From Candidatus Poribacteria bacterium (lineage in GTDB: Bacteria > Poribacteria > WGA-4E > PCPOR2b), in NCBI GenBank assembly GCA_965208675.1, contig OZ242351.1, forward strand, positions 3,040,001 to 3,104,000: a stretch of DNA of 64,000 bases, written 5' to 3'. Both the position numbers and the translations under genes were made by a program. Positions 1 to 9,995 of this stretch are shown in pieces (position 1 is the stretch's first letter; every line of letters starts with the position of its first letter). Below the pieces are notes generated by a model that saw only the letters and a list, made by a program, of their open reading frames with translations, was not told the origin of the DNA and did not search any database.

Positions 1-312
1 CTAAAGCCTAGGGCTAGCGACAAACATGGGAAATACATGTTCATTCCCTTCCCAGTCGGAAATAGTAATCTCTCCTCTCGAATAATCACTATCATCATCA
101 TGCTCGATGACAGTAACACAGACTTTTGCGTCACTATTGCGGTCCCGCACAACAATCCTTGGCAATCCTTGATCATCCATGGTCAAGTCAAGGATACCTA
201 TGATTGAAATTGTGTTGTTCTTAATCCAAATAGTGGGATTACCTTCGTCGTCAACGATTGTAATACTTTTGCAAGTTACAGATTCATAGGTTGGATTAGT
301 TGTATCAGACAT
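1..312 (-). CDS. hypothetical protein, short beta-rich family (YESVTCKSITIVDDEG motif)
   Basis: ATG at 312 after AGGAG RBS; motif resembles ORFs 1645-2046 and 45542-45940. Confidence 0.6.
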   Translation of the reverse strand: MSDTTNPTYESVTCKSITIVDDEGNPTIWIKNNTISIIGILDLTMDDQGLPRIVVRDRNSDAKVCVTVIEHDDDSDYSRGEITISDWEGNEHVFPMFVASPRL

Positions 313-400
313 CGTAAATCTCCTCTTTGTAAGGGTTGTGGGGGAGGTGGCGGCCACCCCCTTTTTTTATTGCGTTTGCGCCGGGTCGTACTCATCCTCC

Positions 401-808
401 TTACTTATCCCTGAAACTCTCGCATTCAATATCGCCATATTTGGTCTTGCGCAGTAATTGAATTTCTTCCTTCATGGTTTCGACCTCAGTGTGTAAACTT
501 TTATACCATTCGTATATCTGCTCATCGGTTAGCGGAAAAGGAATCTCGCCCGGCATGATCACAAGTTTATCGGTTGCCGTGGCTTCTTCATTGACCGCGA
601 ATTCGCTTGCCTCGGCGTTCGTGAGCATTTGTTGTATCAAATGCGGTTTAGGCGTCGAATCAGCCGCCCAAATATCTTCTACGACTTCTGTTTCGGTGAT
701 CGGCTGGGCGCAGAAGTTACAGATTTTAATGGTCGTCACGTATAAACCCCAGCCGACGATTGCCGCAAATGCGACCGCGGCGATGATGAAGCTAATCAGG
801 ATTTTCAT
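401..808 (-). CDS. hypothetical membrane-anchored protein (N-terminal TM, CxxC)
   Basis: 135 aa ORF; ends KYGDIECESF, as in the 1645 ORF; ATGA overlap with upstream gene. Confidence 0.55.
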   Translation of the reverse strand: MKILISFIIAAVAFAAIVGWGLYVTTIKICNFCAQPITETEVVEDIWAADSTPKPHLIQQMLTNAEASEFAVNEEATATDKLVIMPGEIPFPLTDEQIYEWYKSLHTEVETMKEEIQLLRKTKYGDIECESFRDK

Positions 809-1161
809 TTTTTCGCTCTTCTTTTCGACAACTCTTTTTCGATATCAGCGTCCACCAGCCGAATATACTCGGGATCGGTTACAATCCACGCATGAGGGAT
901 TCCGCTTTGGCGCTTTTCGCGGTAATACCGTGACGAATCCGAATTATAAACGAAACAATTTTTAAGGGCATCGTTGGCGGCAGCCGAAACGGCATCGATT
1001 CTTGCCGTCATATCGTCAGCTAAAGCGATGGCATTGTCGATTTGTTCTATCTCTTTCTTTGCAGACGCTCTCACTCCAAGTTGTTTCCGTTTAGCGTCTT
1101 TGAGGCAAGTATCTTTCAAATCGGTGTCGCCCGATTCCATGGATACGGTACCAATAACCAT
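805..1161 (-). CDS. hypothetical protein, phage-like coiled coil
   Basis: 118 aa ORF in a tightly packed minus-strand cluster. Confidence 0.5.
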   Translation of the reverse strand: MVIGTVSMESGDTDLKDTCLKDAKRKQLGVRASAKKEIEQIDNAIALADDMTARIDAVSAAANDALKNCFVYNSDSSRYYREKRQSGIPHAWIVTDPEYIRLVDADIEKELSKRRAKK

Positions 1162-1242
1162 AAATTTGTCGCCTTCCAGTTCGTAGGAATAAATCCCGGG
1201 CGTGATTGGCTTCTTGACGAGATAACGATGTTTGTTTCTCCT

Positions 1243-1422
1243 TTAAAAAAACTCGATGTCTCTGACTAAATTGGCGTAAGCATCGAAAATTTTCAATTTC
1301 AGGGTTCGGTGACTGGGTAGGGTTTTATCCGTTTGGATATACTGTCCGCGCGGTAAACCGGAATCTTTATCCGCGGAGCCGAGGATGACCAGACAGATCA
1401 AGCAGCTAATCAGGGATTTCAT
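1243..1422 (-). CDS. small hypothetical secreted protein or fragment
   Basis: MKSLISCLICLVILGSA signal-like start, AAGGGG RBS. Confidence 0.4.
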   Translation of the reverse strand: MKSLISCLICLVILGSADKDSGLPRGQYIQTDKTLPSHRTLKLKIFDAYANLVRDIEFF

Positions 1423-1627
1423 TGTCAGCCCCTTTTGCCGTAACTGTGAGGTGAATATATTTTTCTTCATCATAAAAAATGTAGATATGGCCGTCTTTGG
1501 ATGTATCTAAATGGGTAATAGAGGCTCGAAGGTAGTTTTGGACTCCTTGGGCTTCCGTATTGCGATAACCCACTCTGACAACGCTTTCATCAGTGCTGTC
1601 CAAATTAAACTTTTCTGCTTTTAACAT
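1406..1627 (-). CDS. hypothetical protein
   Basis: 73 aa ORF with AAGGAG RBS. Confidence 0.5.
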   Translation of the reverse strand: MLKAEKFNLDSTDESVVRVGYRNTEAQGVQNYLRASITHLDTSKDGHIYIFYDEEKYIHLTVTAKGADNEIPD

Positions 1628-1644
1628 TGTAAATCTCCTTTCGA

Positions 1645-2046
1645 TTACTTGTGGATATAACCGTTTTTGTCGTAGGCAGATATGGCGCCGTGCCCCTTGT
1701 CGTCGATACCCATGATGACAGAACCTTTCGATCTTACATGGGTGCTTACAAAACCTCCGTGTCTATCCGTACCGATTATCACTTTTTTATCCCCTTCGCG
1801 GAGGAGCACTTCATCGGCACTGATCACCGCACCTCTAAATGTTGGACCGTCGTCGAAAATCGCAATGTCATATGGTCTAATATGTATAAGCACATCGCCA
1901 CTGCTAACCTTCAAGCTCTCACATTCAATATCTCCGAATTTTTCCTTTTGTGCGGATATGGGCGACAGCAGCAGGCCGATAATGGTGAAAATACTGCCTA
2001 ACGCCATTAGACCTGCCCTTTACTTCCAATTAATCAGGGGTTTCAT
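1645..2046 (-). pseudogene. TM-anchored beta-repeat family protein, probable nonsense codon near the 5' end
   Basis: GGAG RBS then ATG at 2046 (MKPLINWK), in-frame TAA at 2020-2022, then RAGLMALGSIFT...AQKEKFGDIECESLKV; paralog at 45542; could instead start at ATG 2007. Confidence 0.5.
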
Positions 2047-2329
2047 TAAATATCTCCGTTTCAAGGCGATTGATGAAATTTAACAACGTCTCAGGGTCAT
2101 CATGATACCTATCAAGTGCGGACGCCTTTTCGCCCGGTTTCAGGTTTTTCGCTAACGTCCTTTCGAGACGCCAACCGCTACCCTTCAAACCTACAAATCC
2201 CTTGAGCTCGTCAAACGATTTTAGAGGGAACGATACCGCCCAGTATATATCATCATAGTACAGGCGCCCGTAAACACGTCTGTGCCGTGGTGGAGGCGGG
2301 GAAGTCCGTACTGTCATTTTTTCAGTCAT
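2030..2329 (-). CDS. hypothetical protein
   Basis: 99 aa ORF with strong AGGAGGAGG RBS. Confidence 0.6.
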   Translation of the reverse strand: MTEKMTVRTSPPPPRHRRVYGRLYYDDIYWAVSFPLKSFDELKGFVGLKGSGWRLERTLAKNLKPGEKASALDRYHDDPETLLNFINRLETEIFNETPD

Positions 2330-2659
2330 AACCTCCTCCTTTTTTTATAAAATGTCCGATCATATGGGTTAGCGGGCATTTTCATTGGTGGAAAAATGGG
2401 CGGCGAGGAACAAGCACCTTATGAGCGTGACTTTCAGTCCGCTCTTCATCGCGGCAAAGGCTGCAATCCTACTTACCCGATTAGGAATCCTATTTTCCTA
2501 TTCGGGTATCCGTCGGCAATCTGCGTTAGCGCGGTTGCCGCCATAAGGCGACGGGGGCAGGAGTAAGTGTGCGATCGGTCACAATCTGCATGAATCCCCC
2601 GCTCCCCGTCATAAGATTATGAGTTGCATCAAGCATATACAGCACACCGCCTGAAAAAA

Positions 2660-2974
2660 TCATCGTAACCGCAATATTCGCGCCCCTCCTTCAATCTGCA
2701 TAACAAGGTCGTTCCAAACGGCGTTGTAATCTTGTTGGTCTGGCGTGCTATAGAGAGTGTACCGATGCCGGGTTTCAGGCTTTGTTGACGGGTCATGCAA
2801 ATCTACGCCCACCGCCACAATATGATATTGTCCGCCATCTACCTCTAATTCCGCTAATTCCGCGCAATCTATAGCGTTAATGTTTACTAATCTGTTAGAT
2901 GGTAATTCTCCAAGAACATTGTAAATCTCCTTTGTCTGAAGGTGCGTATCGGCAGAAATGCTGTTAACACCCAT
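2660..2974 (-). CDS. hypothetical protein
   Basis: 104 aa ORF downstream of the lipoprotein gene. Confidence 0.5.
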   Translation of the reverse strand: MGVNSISADTHLQTKEIYNVLGELPSNRLVNINAIDCAELAELEVDGGQYHIVAVGVDLHDPSTKPETRHRYTLYSTPDQQDYNAVWNDLVMQIEGGARILRLR

Positions 2975-2989
2975 TGCCAGCCTTCTTGT

Positions 2990-3565
2990 CTATCTTGTGA
3001 ATCTATTTTTTCCGAGAGGAATGCCCATTGCTTTTAGGGCCTGGTACAATGGTATTTGCCACGGGCTTTTTACGCCCCATGGCACTACTGTGGATACTGC
3101 CGAAGGCGGCATTCCAAGACCACCTTCATTGTTATCAGGACGTTTAACTTCGACCAAAGCGACTACTTCACGATCTAACGTTCGTATAATTTTGATATGC
3201 CTTTCAATAGCGAAAGTGCGCACCAAATAGTCGCAGCCAACATCCTCATATTCATCGTATGATTCGGTTATCGTTCCTGCTCCCGCACGAATTGCCGCTA
3301 CGTGCATGGCGGATTCGACAGCAGCAATGCTTTTGGTTACAATGACGTCCTTGGTTTTTTGCGGAGGCATCACTACTTTAACGCCTGCGCTAATCAGTGC
3401 ATGTTCAACTTCGTTTGCAAACCATGCTTGATACAACCGATTGTTGGGCGGTTGTACAATAAATACGGGGTGATGTGGGACATCTCGAACAACAACGGCA
3501 TTGTAGCGAGTAGTACCACAAGCTATCATAAACACACACAATCCCAGAACAAACCCATGCTTCAT
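2990..3565 (-). CDS. hypothetical lipoprotein
   Basis: AGGAG RBS, ATG 3565, MKHGFVLGLCVFMIAC lipobox. Confidence 0.65.
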   Translation of the reverse strand: MKHGFVLGLCVFMIACGTTRYNAVVVRDVPHHPVFIVQPPNNRLYQAWFANEVEHALISAGVKVVMPPQKTKDVIVTKSIAAVESAMHVAAIRAGAGTITESYDEYEDVGCDYLVRTFAIERHIKIIRTLDREVVALVEVKRPDNNEGGLGMPPSAVSTVVPWGVKSPWQIPLYQALKAMGIPLGKNRFTR

Positions 3566-4396
3566 TTTAAGTAAACTCCTACTATTGAAAGTTAAACATC
3601 TATTCTCGTTGTTTGCCAAGCTGTTAAGGTATTGGAGTGCTTTTTGTGGGTTTCGGTTTTGTATTTGTACCACTCGCCAGCATCCCAACCTTTTGGTGTT
3701 TTCATGCCATAGTAATAATCGTTTCTCAAATCTTCTAGCGTTGGTTGATTAGATTTTCTACGAAGAGTTGGCCCTACGCAAGAACCTACCGCCTTAAACC
3801 CCTTGGGAATTACCGTACAACACAGAGTAACAACACCAATCTGAGCATTTCAGTAGATTGCTTATGACATCTATGGGTCATTATTAAACTCCTTTCTTAG
3901 TATTAGCCATAGCCGTTTGAATTCTCTCTGTGAGCTTTTTTCAAGATGAAGTCAATTGCCATCAAAGGCACACAATCAAAGCGAGTAATGCTATTGCTGA
4001 AGGATTTATTTTGATTCCTACCCATATAGAGTTGAATAAGCAATCGCATTTTATTGGTTATAATTTGGGCACACGCAAAAATTCCGACTTACTGGCGCCG
4101 CGAAGACATGGCACAACACTGCCAAAGCGGCGGCTATTTTGTATTTCGTTTGGAACACGAACGATAGACGAACAGGCAGCAACCTTCTATCGTCGGCTCG
4201 AACTGAACCCACTGCCATAAAGTCTATTGATATAAATACATGGAACTTCCCTCCCTCCTTCCATTCCCCGGCGAAGGGGTGCGGCAGGCATCACGGCACC
4301 GTGATGCCGCCTCCTGCCGCGGGAAAGATTATAAGATGCGTAAATCTCTTGCACCAGCCGGATCAGAGAAAGACGATCTGCCTCCTCTTTACTATG

Positions 4397-4412
4397 GCAA
4401 AAACCGTGCCAA
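4397..4412 (-). promoter_or_regulatory. sigma54 -24/-12 promoter
   Basis: minus strand TTGGCACGGTTTTTGC (GG-N10-GC); palindromes GTCTCATAATGGGAC (~4533) and GTCCCATATTGGGAC (~4622) upstream. Confidence 0.7.
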
Positions 4413-4744
4413 CGGTCGGTCTAAGGAAGGGTTCAACTCTGTAAAGGCATAGAAATCCAGTGGTAGCTTGGCTTTGATAGGTATGGGAAGGAGTCAGACG
4501 GACGGTAGCGTGACAGGGTGCGGGTTGAAAAAGTCTCATAATGGGACTGATAAGATTGGCAGAAATAGCGGATAAGCCTGTAATGACGCGGGATGGGGGC
4601 GTTTTCTCAATATGGGACTTCGTCCCATATTGGGACACATGAGAAGGTTTTAGGGGAGGATTAGGTCGGTCAATGGATAACTTTTTTGTGGAAAAAACGT
4701 TTTTAAGAAAAAAATTTAATTTTTTTCTGTAATTACCGGGTGGT

Positions 4745-5515
4745 GTCGGGTGCGGTTAGGAAGGGGATCTCTATCGCGTTCGCTATCCACTCGCTTGATC
4801 GCACCTACGGTAAAGCGTAACGAGTAAAGCGTAATGCGTAAACGGTTAGGATTTGTGTATAGTGCGTTGCGGTTGGAAACAGAGCCTACCGGGATGGACC
4901 GCGCAGTTTATTCAACTTCAATCTCCGATACAGGGTTGATTGACCAATTTTCAACGCTTACACCTTAGTGGACAAGTATGACTGTCCAAACATTGGGGGT
5001 AGGTACATGGAAAAAGGGTTGCCCGGGATTAGCAGCGGTGTTGGTGTTTGGTAATCAATTGGGATGGGTGAGGTTTGAAAAGCGTTGGGTTTCGCTATAT
5101 CCATCGAGTTTTGTACGCTGTGAGTTTGATAGGGCGGTTCGTTTTCACGGGTGTTTTTGGCTGAATCCGCTCTACCCAACCTACAAGAGCTGTCTGAACT
5201 GCGACTCATATGACTGAATGATGGGCTATGATTAAGAGAGCACATAATCATCCAGTGTTGAAGCGTGGTTTTTGTAGGTTGGGGTAAGCGGAGTAAATGA
5301 AAGACGTGAAAAATGTTGAGTGGATATTGGTAAATGAAGTTGTTTAGAATTTGTTAAAAAGTAGCGAACCCAACGCTTTTGGATATTTCGAGGCGTTTGA
5401 TTTATTGGAAGCGGGAGCGGAGAAGACAATCGTCTTCGCTATACGCTCAGTTGATCCCAACCTACAAGAACTACAAAAACCTGACCCCCTCTAGCTCCCC
5501 CTTGCCAAGGGAGAG
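4745..5515. repeat. cluster of GTAG-type REP-like palindromic repeats
   Basis: GTAGGTTGGG(T/G)...AGCGAA(A)CCCAAC units at ~5060-5186 (-), ~5272-5378 (+) and ~5455; related copies at ~17246-17370, ~31538 and ~59635-59690. Confidence 0.7.
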
Positions 5516-5564
5516 GATTTTACTAGACAAGACTATCGCCCTCCCTGTTCAGTCGGTTGATTCC

Positions 5565-6674
5565 TCAGAATTTCAACCCCAAGCTAACGCGGTGCGCACG
5601 CTGCAGATGCCCAAAATCAGCAAACGCATAGTCGAGAGAAAGCATCGTCCCCGCAAAATCCATGTGCATACCCAAGCCAAGCGTAAACCCCTCTTCATCA
5701 TCACCCCGGTCAGCGCCCAACCGGAATTTATAACCGCCGCGGAGAGCAACCACCTTTTTATACCAATACTCCAATCCGAAATTTACCCGTTCGCTATTGT
5801 CGTTCGGATGGTTGCCGTCAAGCGCAATCGTGAGCAGGTTATCGCTAGAATCAATTAAATCGTAGGCGATGCCGAGACGGAAATTGGACGGCAACGGAAA
5901 TTCCACGGTTTCTAATTCAGCCGTTCGCGTCGGATTCGTCGTGTCCGGATACGGGCGGTAGTCCGCGTTTCTGGGATCGCCCGCCGCTTCGGCGCCGGTC
6001 TCAAGGTCGGGACCGCTGAAACGCATTTCAGGTCCAAAATTCGAGAAGGACATCCCGATGCGCAAACTTCTCCAGCCGGTGTGGTACAAGGTGCCAACAT
6101 CCACGGCAACCCCTCTGGCGCTCTCGCGATGAATCTGTTGATGGATGTATTTGGCATTGATTCCGAAGGAGAGGCTGACCCCGGATTCCTTTTCGTAAAA
6201 CTGCCTGGAATACGCCGCCGATACCGCCGCATCCCACGCCGAGAACCACAACCCCGTCCCATCCGGCTTTGAGAGCGTGGTAATTTCCATATCCGGGACG
6301 TTCAGAAATGTAACGCTTGCGCCCAAGGTGCCCACCTTGTCAATCGGCGTGGCGAACGCAAGATAGTTGTACCGCACGTCCGCCAACCATATTGTGTGCG
6401 TGTCTGAAAAGCTGGTGTGTTCGAGTTGGCTTAACCCGGCAGGATTCCAGTAAATGCTTGTGACATCGTTCGCAAGCCCGCCAAACGCGCCGCCCAAGCT
6501 ATCCACACGCGCGCCGGGGCCAATTTTCAGGAACTGTGCGCCCGCAGTACCGACATTTGTGGTCGCGTTACTCGGAGCCGCCTGTAAAAACACGGCGGCA
6601 ACCAAAAGAACAGAAATTATCGGGTTGAATCGCCGCTTGTCCATCGCTTTATTCATAAAAATAGTTTTGTGCAT
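5565..6674 (-). CDS. PorV/PorQ (UPF0164) family outer-membrane beta-barrel
   Basis: GAQFLKIGPGAR..LGGA and SIYWNPAGL motifs; ends DYA...HRVSLGLKF. Confidence 0.85.
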   Translation of the reverse strand: MHKTIFMNKAMDKRRFNPIISVLLVAAVFLQAAPSNATTNVGTAGAQFLKIGPGARVDSLGGAFGGLANDVTSIYWNPAGLSQLEHTSFSDTHTIWLADVRYNYLAFATPIDKVGTLGASVTFLNVPDMEITTLSKPDGTGLWFSAWDAAVSAAYSRQFYEKESGVSLSFGINAKYIHQQIHRESARGVAVDVGTLYHTGWRSLRIGMSFSNFGPEMRFSGPDLETGAEAAGDPRNADYRPYPDTTNPTRTAELETVEFPLPSNFRLGIAYDLIDSSDNLLTIALDGNHPNDNSERVNFGLEYWYKKVVALRGGYKFRLGADRGDDEEGFTLGLGMHMDFAGTMLSLDYAFADFGHLQRAHRVSLGLKF

Positions 6675-6718
6675 GGTCTTCTCCTGCTGAAGAGCGCGCC
6701 TCAAAGGCGCATCCCCAT

Positions 6719-9700
6719 TTATCGAATAATCGCAAACCGGCTAATTCTATTACCGACGACAGCGTCGCTCTCATCGCGCGCTTCAACATGATAGATGTAG
6801 ACGCCGCTGGCAAGGGCTTGATTGTAACGGTTTAGCAGCTCAAACGTCTCCGTGCCGCCCTTATCCCCCTGCGCCAAACGATCATCCGGACTGAAGGCTG
6901 CGGTATGTTCGTGTTCAATCTCTCGCACTAACTCGCCCGCCATCGTATAAATCCGTATCGTACATCGCGGCGGGAGATGGGTGAAGAAGATTTTATCCGT
7001 CCCTTCGGCAGTCACCGCCCGGTTGGTGACGAAATAGGGGTTCGGCACAACGCGGATACGTCCTAGATCGGCTTCGATGTTTTCTGCGGTAAGCGTCTCT
7101 TCACCCGTCCTCAGAAGCACCACGTCACCGTCCTGCGGGGCGCTGACGCCGCCCATCTCAACCATAAATACATCGCCTGCGGAGATTTCACGGTTGGGAT
7201 CTTTGATGTACAAGTAACCGCCCCGAATGTAAATCCGAAAAAAATCTGGTGTAGCTTCCCGGATATAAGTATCACTCCAGGCTGCACCAGTAAAGATTGC
7301 ATACCCATCGGCGCGCTCGCCGTTGAACGCAATCTCCTCGCCCGTAATCTCATCCATCACTTTGACGTGCGCATCGTCGACAAACCTAATCGAGTAGGTA
7401 TGCGGACGGTAATATGTTGCCCACCAAACGTTGGGCCACGTGTTCTCTCCGACGCCGGGCGACTGAATGTCCACCGTCCAACCCGAAACAGAGCCTTCAC
7501 TCAACTCAACGTTGACAATCGAGTTTTCGGTCGGACTCCCGTACGTTACATCAACGCCCTTTATCTTTAGGATAACGCCGTCAAACATCGGGGAGAGCAC
7601 CTCCACAGCCTCGCCGTGAGGAGGGTCATACCACTCAAACGATTGCCGCTCCACCACCGTCTGATTTGTCGCCGCGTCAATAATCTCATAACTGGGCGGC
7701 TGGTATCCGGGACCTGTAATATAGGCGCCGGCATCGGTCTGTTTCGCGCCCTGCCAGACGATTCTATATTCATGTCCCGTCACCTTGTTCGGCGCAAGTA
7801 CCATCGGTTCAACCGTGACCGTCCCCGTGAGGCCGGAAGGTGTATCCACCACATCGGCGGTGGCACCTCGATACCCAGCCGGTTGCGCACGCGGCACCAC
7901 ATGAACCATGGTCTCAATCTGGCTGCTTTCCATCGCGATAAGCCCGGTTATAGGGTTGCCCGTATCATACGAGGTAACCGCATAGGTGTACTCAAGGCCA
8001 TTGGTCAACCCTTCGTCGGAGTAGAAATTCTTGATGCCCGCATCCTCGCCGAGCGCCATCGACGGCGTAGAAACAACCCGGAAGATATCGCCCGCCACTG
8101 GAGGGCCTGAAGGCCCGTCTGAAATTGCGACATACAAACCACCAAAGTAAATTTGCGCACCGGAACGGTAGGTTCCATCAGGATACGGTTCTCCCGTAGC
8201 CGAGTCTTTCACCACAACATACCCCTCACCGTTCGCAGGGAACTCCGGATTATGCGCCATTACCTCCCAGAGCGTCGTATTAATTACCTCAAAGGACGTA
8301 CTAGAGTTAAATTTGATGGCGTAAACCGCACTCTTGAAAAAGTCGGAAAAAAACGGCTCATCGCCCTCGTTTGTAATCGTAGCGTCCGACTGCTTGCCGA
8401 CATGCGCCACCGTGAAGAAGTTGCCGGTTGCGCTCGGTTTATCAAATTCCATTAGCATCGTCCAATCTTCCACAGGGTTGCCGGACGATGAATCGTAGGA
8501 CGTATCTCTCCGGTAAACCCGATAACCTTCAAATATCTTCTCCGAATCGGTCACATCAACATACTCTTCGATACTTTTATTCACACCTTGGTCCACCCAG
8601 CGACCATCGCTTTCCCAAATGAGTGTCACCTGTCCGTCAGCAGGAAGGGCAGTGACCAACGGGGACGGCGGCGGCGCCGGAGCAACATAGGCATCATCGT
8701 ACAACTTCTGCGCCCAGTCCGACGATGCCTGCAGCCCTTCAAGCCCCTCGCCGATCGCCACTGCCGCGATGACCGTGAATTCCTGTCCGGGAGCGAACGC
8801 TGCGATGGGGCCGTACGACTGGATAAAGCGCTGATCGTCGTAATTCGCGGGAAGCGGTTCAACGCCGGGGATGCTGATTAAAGCGTACTTTTCCGCGTCA
8901 GTCGTTGGATCGGTGGAAATCGTAATCCGTTTATGCGCTGTAAATGGAATCTTCGCCCCGGCATCCTGCGCGTTGTCCCCAATATACGAATCTAACACCC
9001 GCAAACCGATATACCCTACCGCAGACGCATTGGAGAAGCCGTAAGAGAGATAACGGTTCGGATGGGCTTCAGGGTTGAGCGCATCCGGCGTCTCATCCAG
9101 CGCAACGAAGTCATCAGCCGAGTAGCTCGCCGTGCCCGTTTCGTTGCTAGAGATATCAACGTCGTACCGGAACGCCATGAATAGGTCTTCGAGCGTCTCG
9201 TTCCCAACATTTTTGACATTATATTCCAGAATAAAAAAGTCGTAGAGCGGCGCATAACTCCACTGAAAGCCGTTGACATCAAGCTCCAACCCGAGAATTA
9301 ATCCCTTATTCGCCTCAGCGTTCATGTCCGTGCATCTGAACCGAATCGCTTGGCTCGTCGGCGTCCCTTGCGTTGTTACACCGGGCTTATCAGAAATCAC
9401 CTCGGGCACATCGTCAGTCGGCCAAATCTCACTCTGCCTGCCATCCGACTCAGAAACCCCAACTTCCCCGCCAATCTTGGCGCCAATCCAGATATTGCCC
9501 TCATAAAGGTAGGAATCGTTCGTCCCCGCGGGCCACCAACCTGATGGGTTAGCGGTCGGGTTGCTGGGGTAGCCGACGACTGCGGTGTTGTAAACAGCAG
9601 ACGATAGATTGCCTACGTCAAGCGCTTTCCAATCCACGCCTGCCTTCACCGGCAGAATTGCTATGGCGAATAGCGCAGATGTCAGTAATGCAGTAGGCAT

Positions 9701-9736
9701 AAATCCACGTGTCTGCCCTGTTCCGTGGGTTTTCAT
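6719..9736 (-). CDS. large secreted protein with FnIII-like segments and a T9SS-type C-terminal sorting domain
   Basis: signal peptide; FEGYRVYR and YTYAVTSYD; C-terminal IRVVPNPY...IRIYTMAGELV...ASGVYIYHVE. Confidence 0.8.
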   Translation of the reverse strand: MKTHGTGQTRGFMPTALLTSALFAIAILPVKAGVDWKALDVGNLSSAVYNTAVVGYPSNPTANPSGWWPAGTNDSYLYEGNIWIGAKIGGEVGVSESDGRQSEIWPTDDVPEVISDKPGVTTQGTPTSQAIRFRCTDMNAEANKGLILGLELDVNGFQWSYAPLYDFFILEYNVKNVGNETLEDLFMAFRYDVDISSNETGTASYSADDFVALDETPDALNPEAHPNRYLSYGFSNASAVGYIGLRVLDSYIGDNAQDAGAKIPFTAHKRITISTDPTTDAEKYALISIPGVEPLPANYDDQRFIQSYGPIAAFAPGQEFTVIAAVAIGEGLEGLQASSDWAQKLYDDAYVAPAPPPSPLVTALPADGQVTLIWESDGRWVDQGVNKSIEEYVDVTDSEKIFEGYRVYRRDTSYDSSSGNPVEDWTMLMEFDKPSATGNFFTVAHVGKQSDATITNEGDEPFFSDFFKSAVYAIKFNSSTSFEVINTTLWEVMAHNPEFPANGEGYVVVKDSATGEPYPDGTYRSGAQIYFGGLYVAISDGPSGPPVAGDIFRVVSTPSMALGEDAGIKNFYSDEGLTNGLEYTYAVTSYDTGNPITGLIAMESSQIETMVHVVPRAQPAGYRGATADVVDTPSGLTGTVTVEPMVLAPNKVTGHEYRIVWQGAKQTDAGAYITGPGYQPPSYEIIDAATNQTVVERQSFEWYDPPHGEAVEVLSPMFDGVILKIKGVDVTYGSPTENSIVNVELSEGSVSGWTVDIQSPGVGENTWPNVWWATYYRPHTYSIRFVDDAHVKVMDEITGEEIAFNGERADGYAIFTGAAWSDTYIREATPDFFRIYIRGGYLYIKDPNREISAGDVFMVEMGGVSAPQDGDVVLLRTGEETLTAENIEADLGRIRVVPNPYFVTNRAVTAEGTDKIFFTHLPPRCTIRIYTMAGELVREIEHEHTAAFSPDDRLAQGDKGGTETFELLNRYNQALASGVYIYHVEARDESDAVVGNRISRFAIIR

Positions 9737-9995
9737 TTTTCCCTCCTGAAAACGAGGTTAAATACACTCAAAACCTCTTACTCATATAGCCGAATCAAAC
9801 AACTCGCCGAAATTTCAAGGCTCTAATACAACTCATGGATCATTTTCAGTGACAGTAATTGTTTTCAATTCAATATTGCTAACACGAAAGTGCGGGAACT
9901 CACGATGAACTCAATGTGTTGGCGTCCCTGAGAGACTCTGTCCTTGCCCGACCAAAATCGGCGCCTGATTTCCTTATCACGGTATGTCATGGCTA

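Noticed and set aside
4108-4125. TGGCACAACACTGC sigma54-like site
   Set aside because: GG-GC spacing is 9 nt, not 10.
9890-9965. Possible c-di-GMP-I or glycine riboswitch (GGGCAA...GGGACGC, CTCTCAGG on the minus strand)
   Set aside because: No GNRA-capped P2 or receptor stem, and the glycine motifs are in the wrong order.
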